A stretch of 62,088 nt of DNA, the filler included, from Pelomyxa schiedti (lineage: Eukaryota; Protista; Evosea), in the NCBI GenBank assembly GCA_020536535.1. It is 9 parts of 9 records of this genome, joined end to end, with 100 filler letters (N's around TTAATTAATTAA, not from the genome) between each part and the next. Parts side by side here need not be neighbours in the genome. Positions count along the whole stretch, not along the records: positions 5,196 to 30,237 come from JAHLWZ010000343.1; 8 more parts are not named here. One strand, 5' to 3'. Below the pieces are notes generated by a model that saw only the letters and a list, made by a program, of their open reading frames with translations, had not been told where the DNA came from and made no database searches. Shown piece after piece: positions 11,001 through 22,208 of the stretch; positions within the stretch are counted from its first letter, which is position 1, and each line of letters opens with the position of its first letter. Both the position numbers and the translations under genes were made by a program.

Positions 11001-13418
11001 AAAAGGCAGTGTTGACCAACTTATGAACAAACTTGATCAACTCAGAAAAAGTTCTGAATTCGTTGTGGCTGAGAAGCATGTGGTTTGTGCCTACAATAAA
11101 ATATGCACTTAACAATATCGTTGGGAAAGGTGGAGGAGCCACCTGCTGAAGAAACAAGTCTCCATATTTATGACCATTCTTTCACCTTATTTTTCAAAGA
11201 CTCCTATGGTGTGGACATTTAGTTTTTACTTACGTAAACTCACGTTGTTCAATGCAGACCGAGTCACAAATTCTTTTAAGAATTCTCCCAATTCAAACCC
11301 TACAACTCCTTGCAGCACACAACCCACGCAACTCATTTCCCCGTCCCAGCCAATTCCTACTCCAACACCAATTGTAAAACCTTCCACATCTCCCTCCCTC
11401 TCATCTTCACCACTACCCCCCACACCAGCACCATTGGTACCAACACCCACAGTAACTCCCGTTGCATCATTGACTGCTTTTCCTCAAAGTCCCCCAATGA
11501 AAGCAAGCGATCTCCCATTTTCTCTGTTTCCTTCCCCTCCTTCAGCTGATGTTGTGCAGTCCTACAAGGTGAGGGGAAACTCGTCTTTCCATCAAACTCA
11601 CACACAACCAAGAATGTCATTGCCCATCAAGAGAGAGAGCTTGAGACTCTCAAAAAGCACTCTAAGGATCTTGAAACCAAATTGAAGCAAACTGCCCAAC
11701 AGCTTTCTGGGGCTCAGGTTTGGGCACTCCTTTGAAATCCAAAATTTCACCCGTTTCTCAAAGAAAAACTCTGAAGCCCACGAATCCCAGGAACTGATGT
11801 CCAAAAGAGTCACAGAACTGGAAAAATCTCTGTTGGAATTAAATCAGACCAGCCGTGCAACTGAACACAGTTTAAAAACTCAAAATGCGGCCCTTTCGAG
11901 CCAAGTGTCCACTCTTTCAAAATCACTTGCAGATTTTGCCAATGTACGGCCTGCATTCATTTTTCAGTAGAAATATTTTCAGTTTCACGTTTGTATCCAG
12001 GTTCGGCAAGAGTCTGAAGAGTTACGAAATCAAAACTCATCCCTCCAGAAGAAACTCACTGAAGTTGAAACAAATCTTTCCAACTTCAAGATTGTATTTC
12101 TCCACCCCCCACATACCCTTATTGTCTAATTGGACTCTGCAATAAGATAAGACAACAAGAGCTTGATGCCTTGAATCAGAAAATCAACATGGACGCGTCC
12201 AAGTACGAGGCTGTCATTCAATCTCTCAACCAAGTAAGTTTTTCAAAACACCCTGTTCCTAAAATTCCTCACGGTTGATGCAGCAACTGGAAACAGCACG
12301 GTGCTCCCTTCTGAGGCAACCAGAAAACCAAACGTGGCAAGAAGAAAAACAGAGAGTGGGTGTCACTCCTCTCACTGTAAATCAAAATTCCACTGACTGT
12401 GAAAATGGAACAACAGATGGAAGAGTTTGCTGCAGTGCAGAACTCGAAAATCTCAGAATTGGGCTCGTCTCTGGTTGATCATTTTCAAAGTGCTTGCATT
12501 CTATTCCCTGACCAAGAAATTGCAGGTATCCAAAGAGGAAGAGTTGACTCTGGCCACAATGAGATGCAAACAATTTGAAAACCTTGCCCAAGATGCACAG
12601 ACAAAACTGGTTCAATTCACGCATTCCATCAATTCTTCTCACCACACAAAGAACGAAACTATTGCAAGAGCAGAAACGGCAGAAGGAAATTTTGCCGAAA
12701 TCAGAGATCTTGTGGGTGCCAAATTTCAACTTTTTTTCTTTTTAACAAACAAACAGATGAACATGGTTGAAGAAGAGAAAAAGGAAGTTGAAGAGGAAAG
12801 GAACCAGCTGCTCGAACGAACCCAAGAACTGGAGGCGGCAAAAGCTCAAATGACCGCGGAACTTCACAGCCTGAGCTACAAACTCCTGGTGCTCTCACAT
12901 ACCGATATTCTCAATTCCCATTTCTTTCTCCCCGCTCACATCATTTACAGCAAGCCGGCGGCTTCAACTCCCTGCCGATGAGCTCTGCACCAACAACACC
13001 AACACCCGCACACCTTCCGCAATCAACAACCGTGTTTCCGGGAGCGATGCCCCTCACCATCTCCCAGCCCCCACCAACAAATAGAACATTCACCAGCAAC
13101 AACATTGCACACAACAACAACACCACACCGGCAGCAACCACACCGAAACCCACCCTGAATCTCCACCCGCAGTTCACCACACCACCACAACAACACCCGG
13201 ACATCCAAAGGCAGCACCCTCCACCACCGTCACCAACACCATCATCGGCAAATGTTCCCCGCACCCAGCAACGTGATTATCCAGTACTCAAAGCCACACT
13301 ACCACAACAAAAACCAGCCGCCACCACTATTTCCACCACAGCTGAACCACTGCCGCCGCCTTCCAACGACGCTGACGACGATGGTTCTGCTGCTCTCGCC
13401 GAGTTCCTGTCATCCTAA
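8039..13418 (+). CDS. USO1: General vesicular transport factor p115/Uso1 (multi-exon)
   Basis: Head-domain motifs YIRYYTAHLLRTLL..PLAIGRVVDLLADEREAVRN, EIQK/LAAFEGCFEKILHIITQEGGSEGGIVVGDCL and NNFRESGCI. Coiled-coil exons follow, then an acidic tail NDADDDGSAALAEFLSS*. Confidence 0.9.
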
Positions 13419-13639
13419 TGGAATACAACAATCAAACATCATAACACCCACCCACATCACCATACAGAGAAAAAAAAATGGCAATTCTTTGAAGCTAAGC
13501 ACAAGGGCGTCATCGACAACAACAACAACAACCGATTCCCCCTCAGGCGACCACGATCAGGTTTGCCGGCAGCAGTAATCCCAGGCAAAAGAAGGCTTTT
13601 GTTTTTAAAAGACGTTCAACACATTCAACGCTTTTCTTA

Positions 13640-15073
13640 TCATCGTTGAAGCCATGAGGCCCAACCATGGAAGTTAACAATGGGTTTTAACAGCTGGAAT
13701 GTGATGACATGGGCACCAGAGGACTCCTCAGTGACGAGTATCTCGTGCCCGGATTCGCCTACTTGGAACAGAAGGCCACCTTCAACAAAAGGTTGCCGGA
13801 ATCCCCTGTTGAGTTTCTGTGACCTCACTGGCTTGCTTGTGTCATTCACATCCCACACTGTGTAGGTGTCTGCTTCATAGCAAAAAACACAGAACTGAGA
13901 CTCGTTCAGCTGTGAGACCCACCAATTTTCATTCTTGGAAGTCTCTTGGACTTGTTGTAGTCTGCCAGTTCGTTCCTCAATCATGGTGACCTGACGAATA
14001 GCAGAGGATTGCTGTGTTACAAGGGCACGACAACCACTTGATTTTGTCAGCACAAGATAATTGCAGCAGTTCCTGAAAGTTGCGTTTACAGAGAGGTTCA
14101 AGTCAGCCAACCTTGGAATTGTTGAGCTCAACACCACCAGAGTCTTGGATGACGAAGTTTCCCTGAGGTCCACAACTGCAATCTCAAAAAAGCTCTCGTT
14201 ATCCATGAAAAGAAGAAGGGCGTGGTCTTCATTGGTCAGTTTACAGCTTGGTTGGCAATTCCACCTTATTCTTCCCTTGCATGCAACATCAAGTGGAACA
14301 ACAACGACAGATGGATTCTTGCTCAATGCTGCAGCAGCACTTTTCTTTGGAATCTCAACAACAACCATCGTCCTCTTGTCACAGTCACACATCACCAGCC
14401 ATTTTGAATTGTAACCGCGGCGGATGTTGTACTTCCACTGTGGGGTGTAATCAAGCAGTGTCACCCTCTGGCCAGTCACCCTGTCCTGAAGGACGAACAC
14501 ATAGCCTCTCCGCAGCACCAAGTAATCCCGAGTTGCAAACAAAAGTTTCACATAACTCCTCTGGACCCACCACCTCATTTCGTGAGTGAGCGTCAGCAGC
14601 ACCAGTGACACCCCGAACGTGATCATCACAGTTTGCCCTTCGAAATTCATTTGTCCTCCGTCATTTTCCCACCACACGGTGTAGAACCTCGAGTTTTCCA
14701 TCAGCCACTCCCACACCAGCCTCACAACCAGCGTCCCGTCCCCGTCCCCGTGACCGTGACCACCACCACCACTCCCATAATTCGTCGCCAGCAGCCGCAG
14801 CAGCGGGCACCCGGCGCCGCCGCACCGCGGGTGCGTCCCGGCGGCCATCGCGCCGACTTGGTCCCTCGCCGTCTCCTTCATCGCCTCCACCCTCGTCGTC
14901 GTTGTCGCGGTAACCATACCGGTAGTTGCGCTTGTTGACACCCGTCTGGAGATCTCCGTCGACGCCGGCACTACGGTGACCACGCGGCCCCCCTGTTGGT
15001 GGTGTCGGGTCGTAGTGGCGACGGCGGGAGCGCATGGAGGAGGAGGAGGTGATTGGGGCACAAAGGGGTGCAT
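13640..15073 (-). CDS. Intronless lineage-specific hypothetical protein with an N-terminal HPRCG motif (copy A)
   Basis: Long open frame. The ATG at 15073 (MHPF) is conserved in copy B, whereas the upstream ATG is not. Confidence 0.8.
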   Translation of the reverse strand: MHPFVPQSPPPPPCAPAVATTTRHHQQGGRVVTVVPASTEISRRVSTSATTGMVTATTTTRVEAMKETARDQVGAMAAGTHPRCGGAGCPLLRLLATNYGSGGGGHGHGDGDGTLVVRLVWEWLMENSRFYTVWWENDGGQMNFEGQTVMITFGVSLVLLTLTHEMRWWVQRSYVKLLFATRDYLVLRRGYVFVLQDRVTGQRVTLLDYTPQWKYNIRRGYNSKWLVMCDCDKRTMVVVEIPKKSAAAALSKNPSVVVVPLDVACKGRIRWNCQPSCKLTNEDHALLLFMDNESFFEIAVVDLRETSSSKTLVVLSSTIPRLADLNLSVNATFRNCCNYLVLTKSSGCRALVTQQSSAIRQVTMIEERTGRLQQVQETSKNENWWVSQLNESQFCVFCYEADTYTVWDVNDTSKPVRSQKLNRGFRQPFVEGGLLFQVGESGHEILVTEESSGAHVITFQLLKPIVNFHGWASWLQR

Positions 15074-15258
15074 TGATCTGGTTGTTTGGTTTGATTGATG
15101 ATTTTCACAGAAAAGTGTGTTGTTCATTGTGGCCTGCCTTGCTTCAATCAGAAATGGTGGTGAGATTATTCGCGAGACGTTCTTCCAATGTTGGATTCTG
15201 GGTGGTGTTTTTCATTCCTTCCAACTTACCGATCAAAAAACAGAGTTGGTTGTTGGGA

Positions 15259-18156
15259 ATGTCAGACCGTACCACGACCAGCAGCAACGATGGCGATTCG
15301 GGGTTGAACGATCAGATCGATGCCGGGATGTATCGCCTCGCTCGGTGCTACCTGTACGGGGAGCACGGCGTGCCCCGTGACGAAGCAAAGGGCGTGGCAC
15401 TGCTGCAACGTGCTGCCCACGGCGGCGACGTGAGTGCCATGTTGAGGCTTGCGCGGTGCCACTGGCACGGTTGGCATGGCTTGCCAACGGACAGGGAAAA
15501 GGCAATTCGATTGTTTGAGGCTGTGCCTGGTGGAGGGGGCATGTGGGGCTTGGGGTGGAACCACTATAATGAACGCAGGGGAGCAACCTACAACGTGGAT
15601 AAGGCTGTGTCAGCGTGGAAAAAGGGTGCGGAGCTGGGTGAACCACTTGCGCAGGTGGAACTTGGGTGGTGTTACCAAAACGGTGTGGGTGTGGAGTGTG
15701 ATCCACAAAATGCTTTGTCACTGTTCAAAACAGCGTGCATCAAATTGCAGAGCCATTGGCGTATGGCTCAATGCTATTTGTGTGGTGAGGGTGTGGAGAG
15801 AGACTGGGAACAGGCTGTGGAGCTCCTCAAACAATGCCCCAAGATTGAGGGGAATGCACAGGCATACCTCGGGTGGTGCTACTTGTGGGGTTGTGGTGTG
15901 GAAAGGGACATGTCCAAGGCTGTTGAGCTGCTCAATAGTGCTCTTCTCAACAAATGGCACAGGGCTGGGGTATTCCTTGGGTGTTGTTACGAGAGGGGTT
16001 TGGGTGTGCGACAGGATATCAACAGGGCCAAGGAGTTGTACAACAATGCAAAGAAGTCCTCTCTTGAAGGTACACCGGCATTGACAGAACTGGGAGTGTA
16101 TTTTCTCAGGGGTGATTGTGGAGCTCCAACTGACAAGAGGGCAGCTGTTGGATATTTCAGGATTGGCGCCGGGGGTGGCGATCCCGTTTCAATGTTCCAC
16201 CTTGGTGTATGTCTAAGGGATGGTGATGGCGTTGGTTGTGACCTTGAGGAGTCACGCCTCTGGCTTGAGAAGGCTGCCAGGTTGGAACACAGAGGTGCAC
16301 AGAAGATCCTTCTTCAACAACGCAAACCAACCACCATCTCCACTACTGATGGATCAACTGTGTGTTCCAACCTGGCACCTCACACAGCAACCACAACAAC
16401 TTTCCACAACAATGGAGGTTTGGAAGAGCACCGCAATGGTGAGGCAGAAGAGAGTTTGAAACAACAATGTGAATCTCTGAAAAGACGAATCATAGAGTTG
16501 GAAAAACAGAATGAGAAGGTACCTCCCCACGCCATTCACCTGATTCAATTTTCCTTTTCCTGCAGTTGCAACAAGAAAGCAAAACACTTGAGAGGCGTGT
16601 CTCAGACACAGAAGAAGCTCTGTCTCAACAACGAAAGACCGTTGAAGACTTGAGGAAAGACCTCATGGAAGAAGTGGAAATGTGCAAAAGATACAAGGTA
16701 GTGAATGGTGTTTCTGAAATCTCATTCTTTTGAAACAGAACACTGTGGACACAATGACGTCTCTGATTTCAGCGACAGCCGCTGATTTCAGGGTTGAGAA
16801 ACTGCTTGGAACCGGCTCAAATGCAGCTGCATTCAAGGTGCAATACATCACAGGCAAAGGCACACCACCATCAGTTTCATCACTCAACAACAGAGGAGCA
16901 GGAGGGGAAGAATCAACACTTTCTTCAGCAAACAGCACCACAGACAGCACCAGCAGGAGGGAGATGGTGATGAAAGTGCTTTTCAACTGGGAGAACACAC
17001 CACAGCAGACGATGCTGAGGCAGAAATACATGGCTGAGTGTGTGATCCTCTCATTGCTTCCAAATCACTCAAATGTGATCCACCCCCTTGGTGCCTTGGT
17101 CCTCCCTTGGTGTGTGTGCACATTTTGTGATAATTATTAACTCACTCATTAATGCTCACCCACTCAACTCCTGATCCAGCCTCCCATCTGAATTTGTGGA
17201 GAAAATACCAAGTGAGAAAAAGTATTTCAGGGAAGAACTGTGCAACAACAAATCGTTGGCCATCCTCATGCCCCACTGTGGCATCACCTTGTCTGCGTTC
17301 CTCTCTTCTTCCTTCAGCATCCAGAAGAAAACAGTTGAATTGGCACACGATCTCCTTCTTCAAGGGCTCAAGGCTATCCACCACATCGAGTCACATTCCA
17401 TTGTTCACAGGTGCTAAGCTTTCTGTTCATGTTTGTTGTCATTAACAATCAGCACAACTCACACACAGGGACATCAAGGAAGACAACATTCTTGTTGATC
17501 CAGAGAGTGTCAAGCTGACACTGATCGACTTTGGCGAAGCGCAGCACTGCCTGAACACCAACCTTGAGTTGGCGGTTTCAACCACAACGACATCATGGGG
17601 AAACACAGGCACGATGCCACCAGAGCTGAGTGTATTCCTCAAGAGTATCACGAGGGGAACCAGTGGTGTGTTCTCGTACTCAAAGTGTGACTCTTTTGCA
17701 CTCGCCCTCACATTCTGGGATGCACTCTTACCAACACCCCACAAGTTCATTGGGAGCACATTGAACCGTGACATGAGTGTCTTCAACACCCATTCACTCC
17801 TCAGTCAATTCCCTGTGCCTTCATTTTCCTCAGGTTCAGCATCAACACCAAGCACTTCAGGCTCACCAGCAAGACAAGAAGCCGAGCCACAGCCCAAGTC
17901 ATTCCTTTCACGTGTTCTGCCTTTCACACTGTTTTCGTCATCAACGACTACAGCACCAACCCCCCAAGTTCAATCATTGCCCACATCAACGACAACAACA
18001 TCCAATGTGAGTGCTGCAGAAAATACACCTGACAGCAACAACAGGAGTGCCATCATGGTGGCGGTACAGTCAACACTGATTGGGCTGATGAACCCCGACA
18101 AGGCTGCCAGGCTCTCCACCACTGATGCAATCCCTCGTGTCACCATCAAGGACTGA
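15259..18156 (+). CDS. Sel1-repeat / coiled-coil / Ser-Thr protein kinase, paralogue 2 (apparently intact)
   Basis: Exon 1 has Sel1 repeats and a coiled coil. One phase-0 coiled-coil exon follows (LQQESKTLERRVSDTEEAL..YK). Kinase motifs are LLGTGSNAAAFKV, MVMKVLF, HR/DIKEDN, DFGEAQ and WGNTGTMPPE. All hand-spliced junctions stay in frame. Confidence 0.9.
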
Positions 18157-18355
18157 ACAGTACTTGGTTACGGGGGACAACCATAACAATAAACAACACT
18201 AACCAACGACACCCGCCCCCGCCATTAACCGTCGTCGAACCACCCACACCCGCACTCCAAGGCTGAGCAAAAACCTGATCGCGATCGTGTCTCGCAAGGG
18301 GACTTGGGGTCAAATCATTTGCACAAAAAGGTGTGAAAAACCAAAATCACCGCCG

Positions 18356-20611
18356 ATGTACCACACCACAACTGTCGACGACCCACATTGCCAAGAAACC
18401 AGCACAACAACAACATCGGCCGATGCGAGGGCGACGGCGCTGTCACGCGCCGTGTGGGTGTCGCGCATCGTGTGGGACTGGGTGGTGCCGTGGCTGGTGC
18501 CCCCCAGCCGCGGGCCGCACGGCGAAAAAGGAGCCGCGCCGGCGATGACCCGGGAGCAGGCGGCGGCGCTGTGCGGGGTGGCCGAGGCGATGTTCCCGCT
18601 GCGCAGGTTGGCACGCAGGGCCCTGGTGGCGCGCTGCACCAAGTGGCACGTCGCGCTGAGGGCAGCAGCCGAGGCCGGTAGCACATCGTGCGTGGACTGG
18701 CTGCTCACCACAAGGAGGAGGACAGCGGATGAGGAGGAGGCGGCGAGAGATGGAGAGGGAGAGGGGGAAGCCGTTGTTCAACTAGTGTCACAACAGGAGA
18801 AGAGGGTGAGGAGGAGGAGGAGGAACAACAAGGAGTTCATGTGTGTGCTTGGGGGTTTGTGTGAGGGTGGCCACTTGGCGATGGCCCAGAACCTCGTCGA
18901 TGGTGATTGGCCTGGACTCGCCTGGGTGGAGTATCCTCCTCTGCTTGGAGGAGCAGATCATGGTGAGGCTGCGGCGCGGAGCCACGGTAATATTGATTGC
19001 GGGAATCGGGAGCTTGGTGACTACGTGCGGGATTCCCAAATCCTGACTGGAGTGTGCCAGAGGGGATGGGGTGATGTGGCCAAGTGGATTGTCCAGAGGT
19101 TTGAAATCAGGGAACTGTGGGAGTTCGTTAAGCCAATGGGTGCAGCACTGGAAGGGGGTCACCTGGAGTTGGCTCAGTGGATGGCGGGCACATTCAACTT
19201 GTTGGAGAGGTTCAGAGAATATTCCATGATGAAATTCCACACCCAGGCATGCAAGAGCGAGAACCTGGAGGTTGTCAAGTGGTACTTCGAAAGGAGTCCA
19301 CCATTGGAAGATTCTGGTGCCATCCTCGCCACCTTCTGTGCTTGCCTTGAGGGGAAAAAAAGCAACAGTTGCGTGGAGATATGCAAGTACGCGAGGGAGT
19401 ACCTTGGGTTGCCTTGTGATCCTGATTCTGATTGGTTCAATGAGCTTTCCAGAATCAGGAGAGTTGACGTGTTGCAGTGGGTGGTATCTGAATTCAATGT
19501 TGCTCCCTCAATTGATGATGCTGGGATGTACTGCCAAAGGAGAAATGCACTCGAGTTTCTCAAGTTCCTGCTTGTGGACGGTTTGGATGGGCAGCCTATT
19601 CTGACAGCAACACCAGCGCTATTTATCTCAGCCTGCAAGGGCATAAAGGGAAGCAATAGCATGCAGGTCGTGAAGTGGTTGTCAACGAGGGTGAATACAC
19701 CGCTTTCCGCAGAGGAGATTGACCTCTCGTTCATCACAGCGTTGGCCAACAACGAAACCTCGATTGCGAGGTGGCTGGAAGATTCCCACCACATCTTGGC
19801 GCAGAATGCAGGAGGCCCAAAGGCAGTGCGTCTCATTTTCAGGGTGTGCAGAGCAATGCCTAGGTTCGGCAGAGAATCAGCAGGGATTGAGTGGCTCCTT
19901 GATCACTTGGATCTCCACTCAGCCACTCCACAACAGATAACGCGGCTCGTTCTGGACAGCGTGGAAGACAACGTGACAGATCACAAGTCGCTGCAAGCTG
20001 TAATCCTCCTTCTTGAGAAGTTCCAGTCGGTAATCCCCGAAGAAAACAAGTTGGACCTCATCTCCTCTGTCCTGCAGCACAGCATTAATGATGAACCCGA
20101 ACAAGTCCAAAGGATCACCACATTGATGGGTGGAATCATCAGGAGCAACAAGCCAGCAATCTCCAGGTGCCTTGCTGAGTGCTGTTACTTTGGCTCCACC
20201 AAGGCAGTCAAGTGGCTGATCACACAGTTCCATCTCGAGCGTGGGCACATAACAGCTTACAACAACACAATCCTCATTAAAGTGGTGTCAATGGGACAAG
20301 AGTGCTGCGCAGAGTGGCTCATCAATCAGTTCGGCATCACATTTGATGAGATACAGCCTGTGAGTCACGTCTTTCTGGATGGATTCCCCACAATGAAGAT
20401 GCTAGTGGAGGTTTTCCCAGGGATCACAGGCACCAACATCAAGGAGAAGCTCCTTCCACTTGTGTGCCAATCACCAATCATTGCGCAGTTCACATTGAGG
20501 CACTTCCCTGAAGTGACAAGGGAGGACATTGCTGGACCCTGTTCCACCTCGTATGGTAGTACTTCAGACACACATTGCTGGCTCATTGACACACCACAAG
20601 AACAACACTGA
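18356..20611 (+). CDS. Intronless degenerate ankyrin-repeat-like protein (about 750 aa)
   Basis: Long ORF with repeated ankyrin-like units: LCEGGHLAMAQNL, VCQRGWGDVAKWIV, ALEGGHLELAQWM, ACKSENLEVVKWY. Confidence 0.8.
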   Translation: MYHTTTVDDPHCQETSTTTTSADARATALSRAVWVSRIVWDWVVPWLVPPSRGPHGEKGAAPAMTREQAAALCGVAEAMFPLRRLARRALVARCTKWHVALRAAAEAGSTSCVDWLLTTRRRTADEEEAARDGEGEGEAVVQLVSQQEKRVRRRRRNNKEFMCVLGGLCEGGHLAMAQNLVDGDWPGLAWVEYPPLLGGADHGEAAARSHGNIDCGNRELGDYVRDSQILTGVCQRGWGDVAKWIVQRFEIRELWEFVKPMGAALEGGHLELAQWMAGTFNLLERFREYSMMKFHTQACKSENLEVVKWYFERSPPLEDSGAILATFCACLEGKKSNSCVEICKYAREYLGLPCDPDSDWFNELSRIRRVDVLQWVVSEFNVAPSIDDAGMYCQRRNALEFLKFLLVDGLDGQPILTATPALFISACKGIKGSNSMQVVKWLSTRVNTPLSAEEIDLSFITALANNETSIARWLEDSHHILAQNAGGPKAVRLIFRVCRAMPRFGRESAGIEWLLDHLDLHSATPQQITRLVLDSVEDNVTDHKSLQAVILLLEKFQSVIPEENKLDLISSVLQHSINDEPEQVQRITTLMGGIIRSNKPAISRCLAECCYFGSTKAVKWLITQFHLERGHITAYNNTILIKVVSMGQECCAEWLINQFGITFDEIQPVSHVFLDGFPTMKMLVEVFPGITGTNIKEKLLPLVCQSPIIAQFTLRHFPEVTREDIAGPCSTSYGSTSDTHCWLIDTPQEQH

Positions 20612-21029
20612 ATCTTAAGAAATTTCTTTTGATTTTTTTTAGAAATGGGGACATGACATCAGAAGCAACCAAACCATCAGTGTAGGGCTGCAATAACCCT
20701 CTGCGAGTCAGTTCAGTGAGTTTGGAGGGCCAGTGTGGCCGAGGTAGTACAGCAAAAGCGTTTCTTGACTCAACATAATTGGCAAGGTTGAACTCCTCGT
20801 AGGGAGAACTCACCCATTGAAGAAGAAAACAAAACCTGAAAATATCGTGGGAGAATTGTGAAGAAGTTTCATCCAGGAGACCATTTGGGTGTCGGGGAAT
20901 AGTTGTAGTGCAAAGGAAGAGGGCAACTGCAACTGGAAGCTTTAAGTCCTTCGAGAAAAGCTTGCACAAGTGGCATGGAATGCAGCATTCTGAGTTTACT
21001 CGTTAGTTTACCATCAGTATTGTGAAAGG

Positions 21030-22004
21030 GAACAGAGGGAGACACACCATCACCTTCTTCCTGTAGTCGCATCCAGTGAGGACTGCCAAGTCAACAATCC
21101 AGGAAGGTTTGAAGGGTGTGTGCACACAGTGACAGAATCTCAGAGTTTGAGCTCCCAAGGGCTCGAACAACTCTGATTGGTTGTCCTTTGGAAGAGAGCT
21201 TTGTTGTGTGCTCCAGCAGTATTTCCCTTTTTGCCAAATATCAGATTTTTTCTTTTTGTGAGGGCATGCATACTATGACAGTTGTAACTATGGCGAACTT
21301 GTGCTTTTCAATTGTATATTTCTTTCCAAGTGTGTGGTGGAACAAATCAAGATTCCCACATTTCATGAACTCTTTGATATCCATAATCCTTCGGTTCTGT
21401 TTCTCAGTCACTTTCGGAATGGAAATTGCCGGAGTGAATCCATTTAAGACCTACAACAAACATAAAAACATATAGATATTGAATTAGGCGGTCACAAACA
21501 GTCAAAGAGTTATGTGTTGATGGAAGAAAAAGACACACCACTAAAAGCTTAACTTGATGCTCCACAACCACCTGCGGAACCAATAGCCCACTGCTCGTGA
21601 AAATTCGGGACAACTTCCACCCATTACACAAAACTCTGCCTTCTGGGTAATGCTATCGTCAACGTCAGAGCCCCAGCAAAGCCTGCGTTGTTGTTAGGTT
21701 TGCTTGACGGAAACAAACAAACAAACAAACAAACAAACAAACAAACAAACAAACAAACAAACAAACAAACAAACAAACAAACAAACAAACAAACAAACAA
21801 ACAAACAAACAAACAAACAAACAAACAAACAAACCTTGTTAAGAGCCTGTTAATCAGAGCACGTGCGTCCACCACCAAGGTCTTAGTTTGATTTTTTTGT
21901 GTGAAAGCGAAAAATGACAGGAACAGTACCTTTCCAGCTACACAGCACTGCGTCCCCCAATTGGGCAGCTCACTCAGTGTTCCCTGCAACTTGTCGACAC
22001 CCAT
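21030..22004 (-). pseudogene. XPG/FEN1-superfamily (Asteroid-like) PIN-domain gene, degenerate; 3' end unresolved
   Basis: Splicing (exons 22004-21930, 21881-21835, from 21682) gives MGVDKLQGTLSE..GK/TLVVDARALINRLLT/R..MGGSCPEFSRAV. Downstream segments read VKLLV/VLNG, IRVVRALGSSNSEILSL and an H2TH-like DLAVLTGCDY (21063-21092). At least one frame change is required. Confidence 0.55.
21711..21834. repeat. (AAAC)n microsatellite, about 31 units, inside intron 2 of the XPG-like gene
   Basis: Direct reading. On the minus strand the array begins exactly at the GTTTGT donor. Confidence 0.95.
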
Positions 22005-22208
22005 CCCCTATTTTATCGTGTCACAACTTTTGGACTTCCCTCGGTTTTTGATTGAGTTGAAACAAGTGTACAGGTGGTCACGTGGCAGCGCACATTCCAC
22101 TACACTTCACTGCTTCGGGGTTCCCTTTGGGGTCCGGTGAGTCAGGCTGTCCCGCGCCTGAGTTTTTCACAGAACTCCACCTTTTTGATCAAGGGAGCGG
22201 TGTTGGTG

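Noticed and set aside
21711-21834. Regular arrays (also 61912-62050) considered as CRISPR-like or telomeric repeats
   Set aside because: Simple microsatellites with no spacers, located in introns; no cas genes; eukaryotic context.
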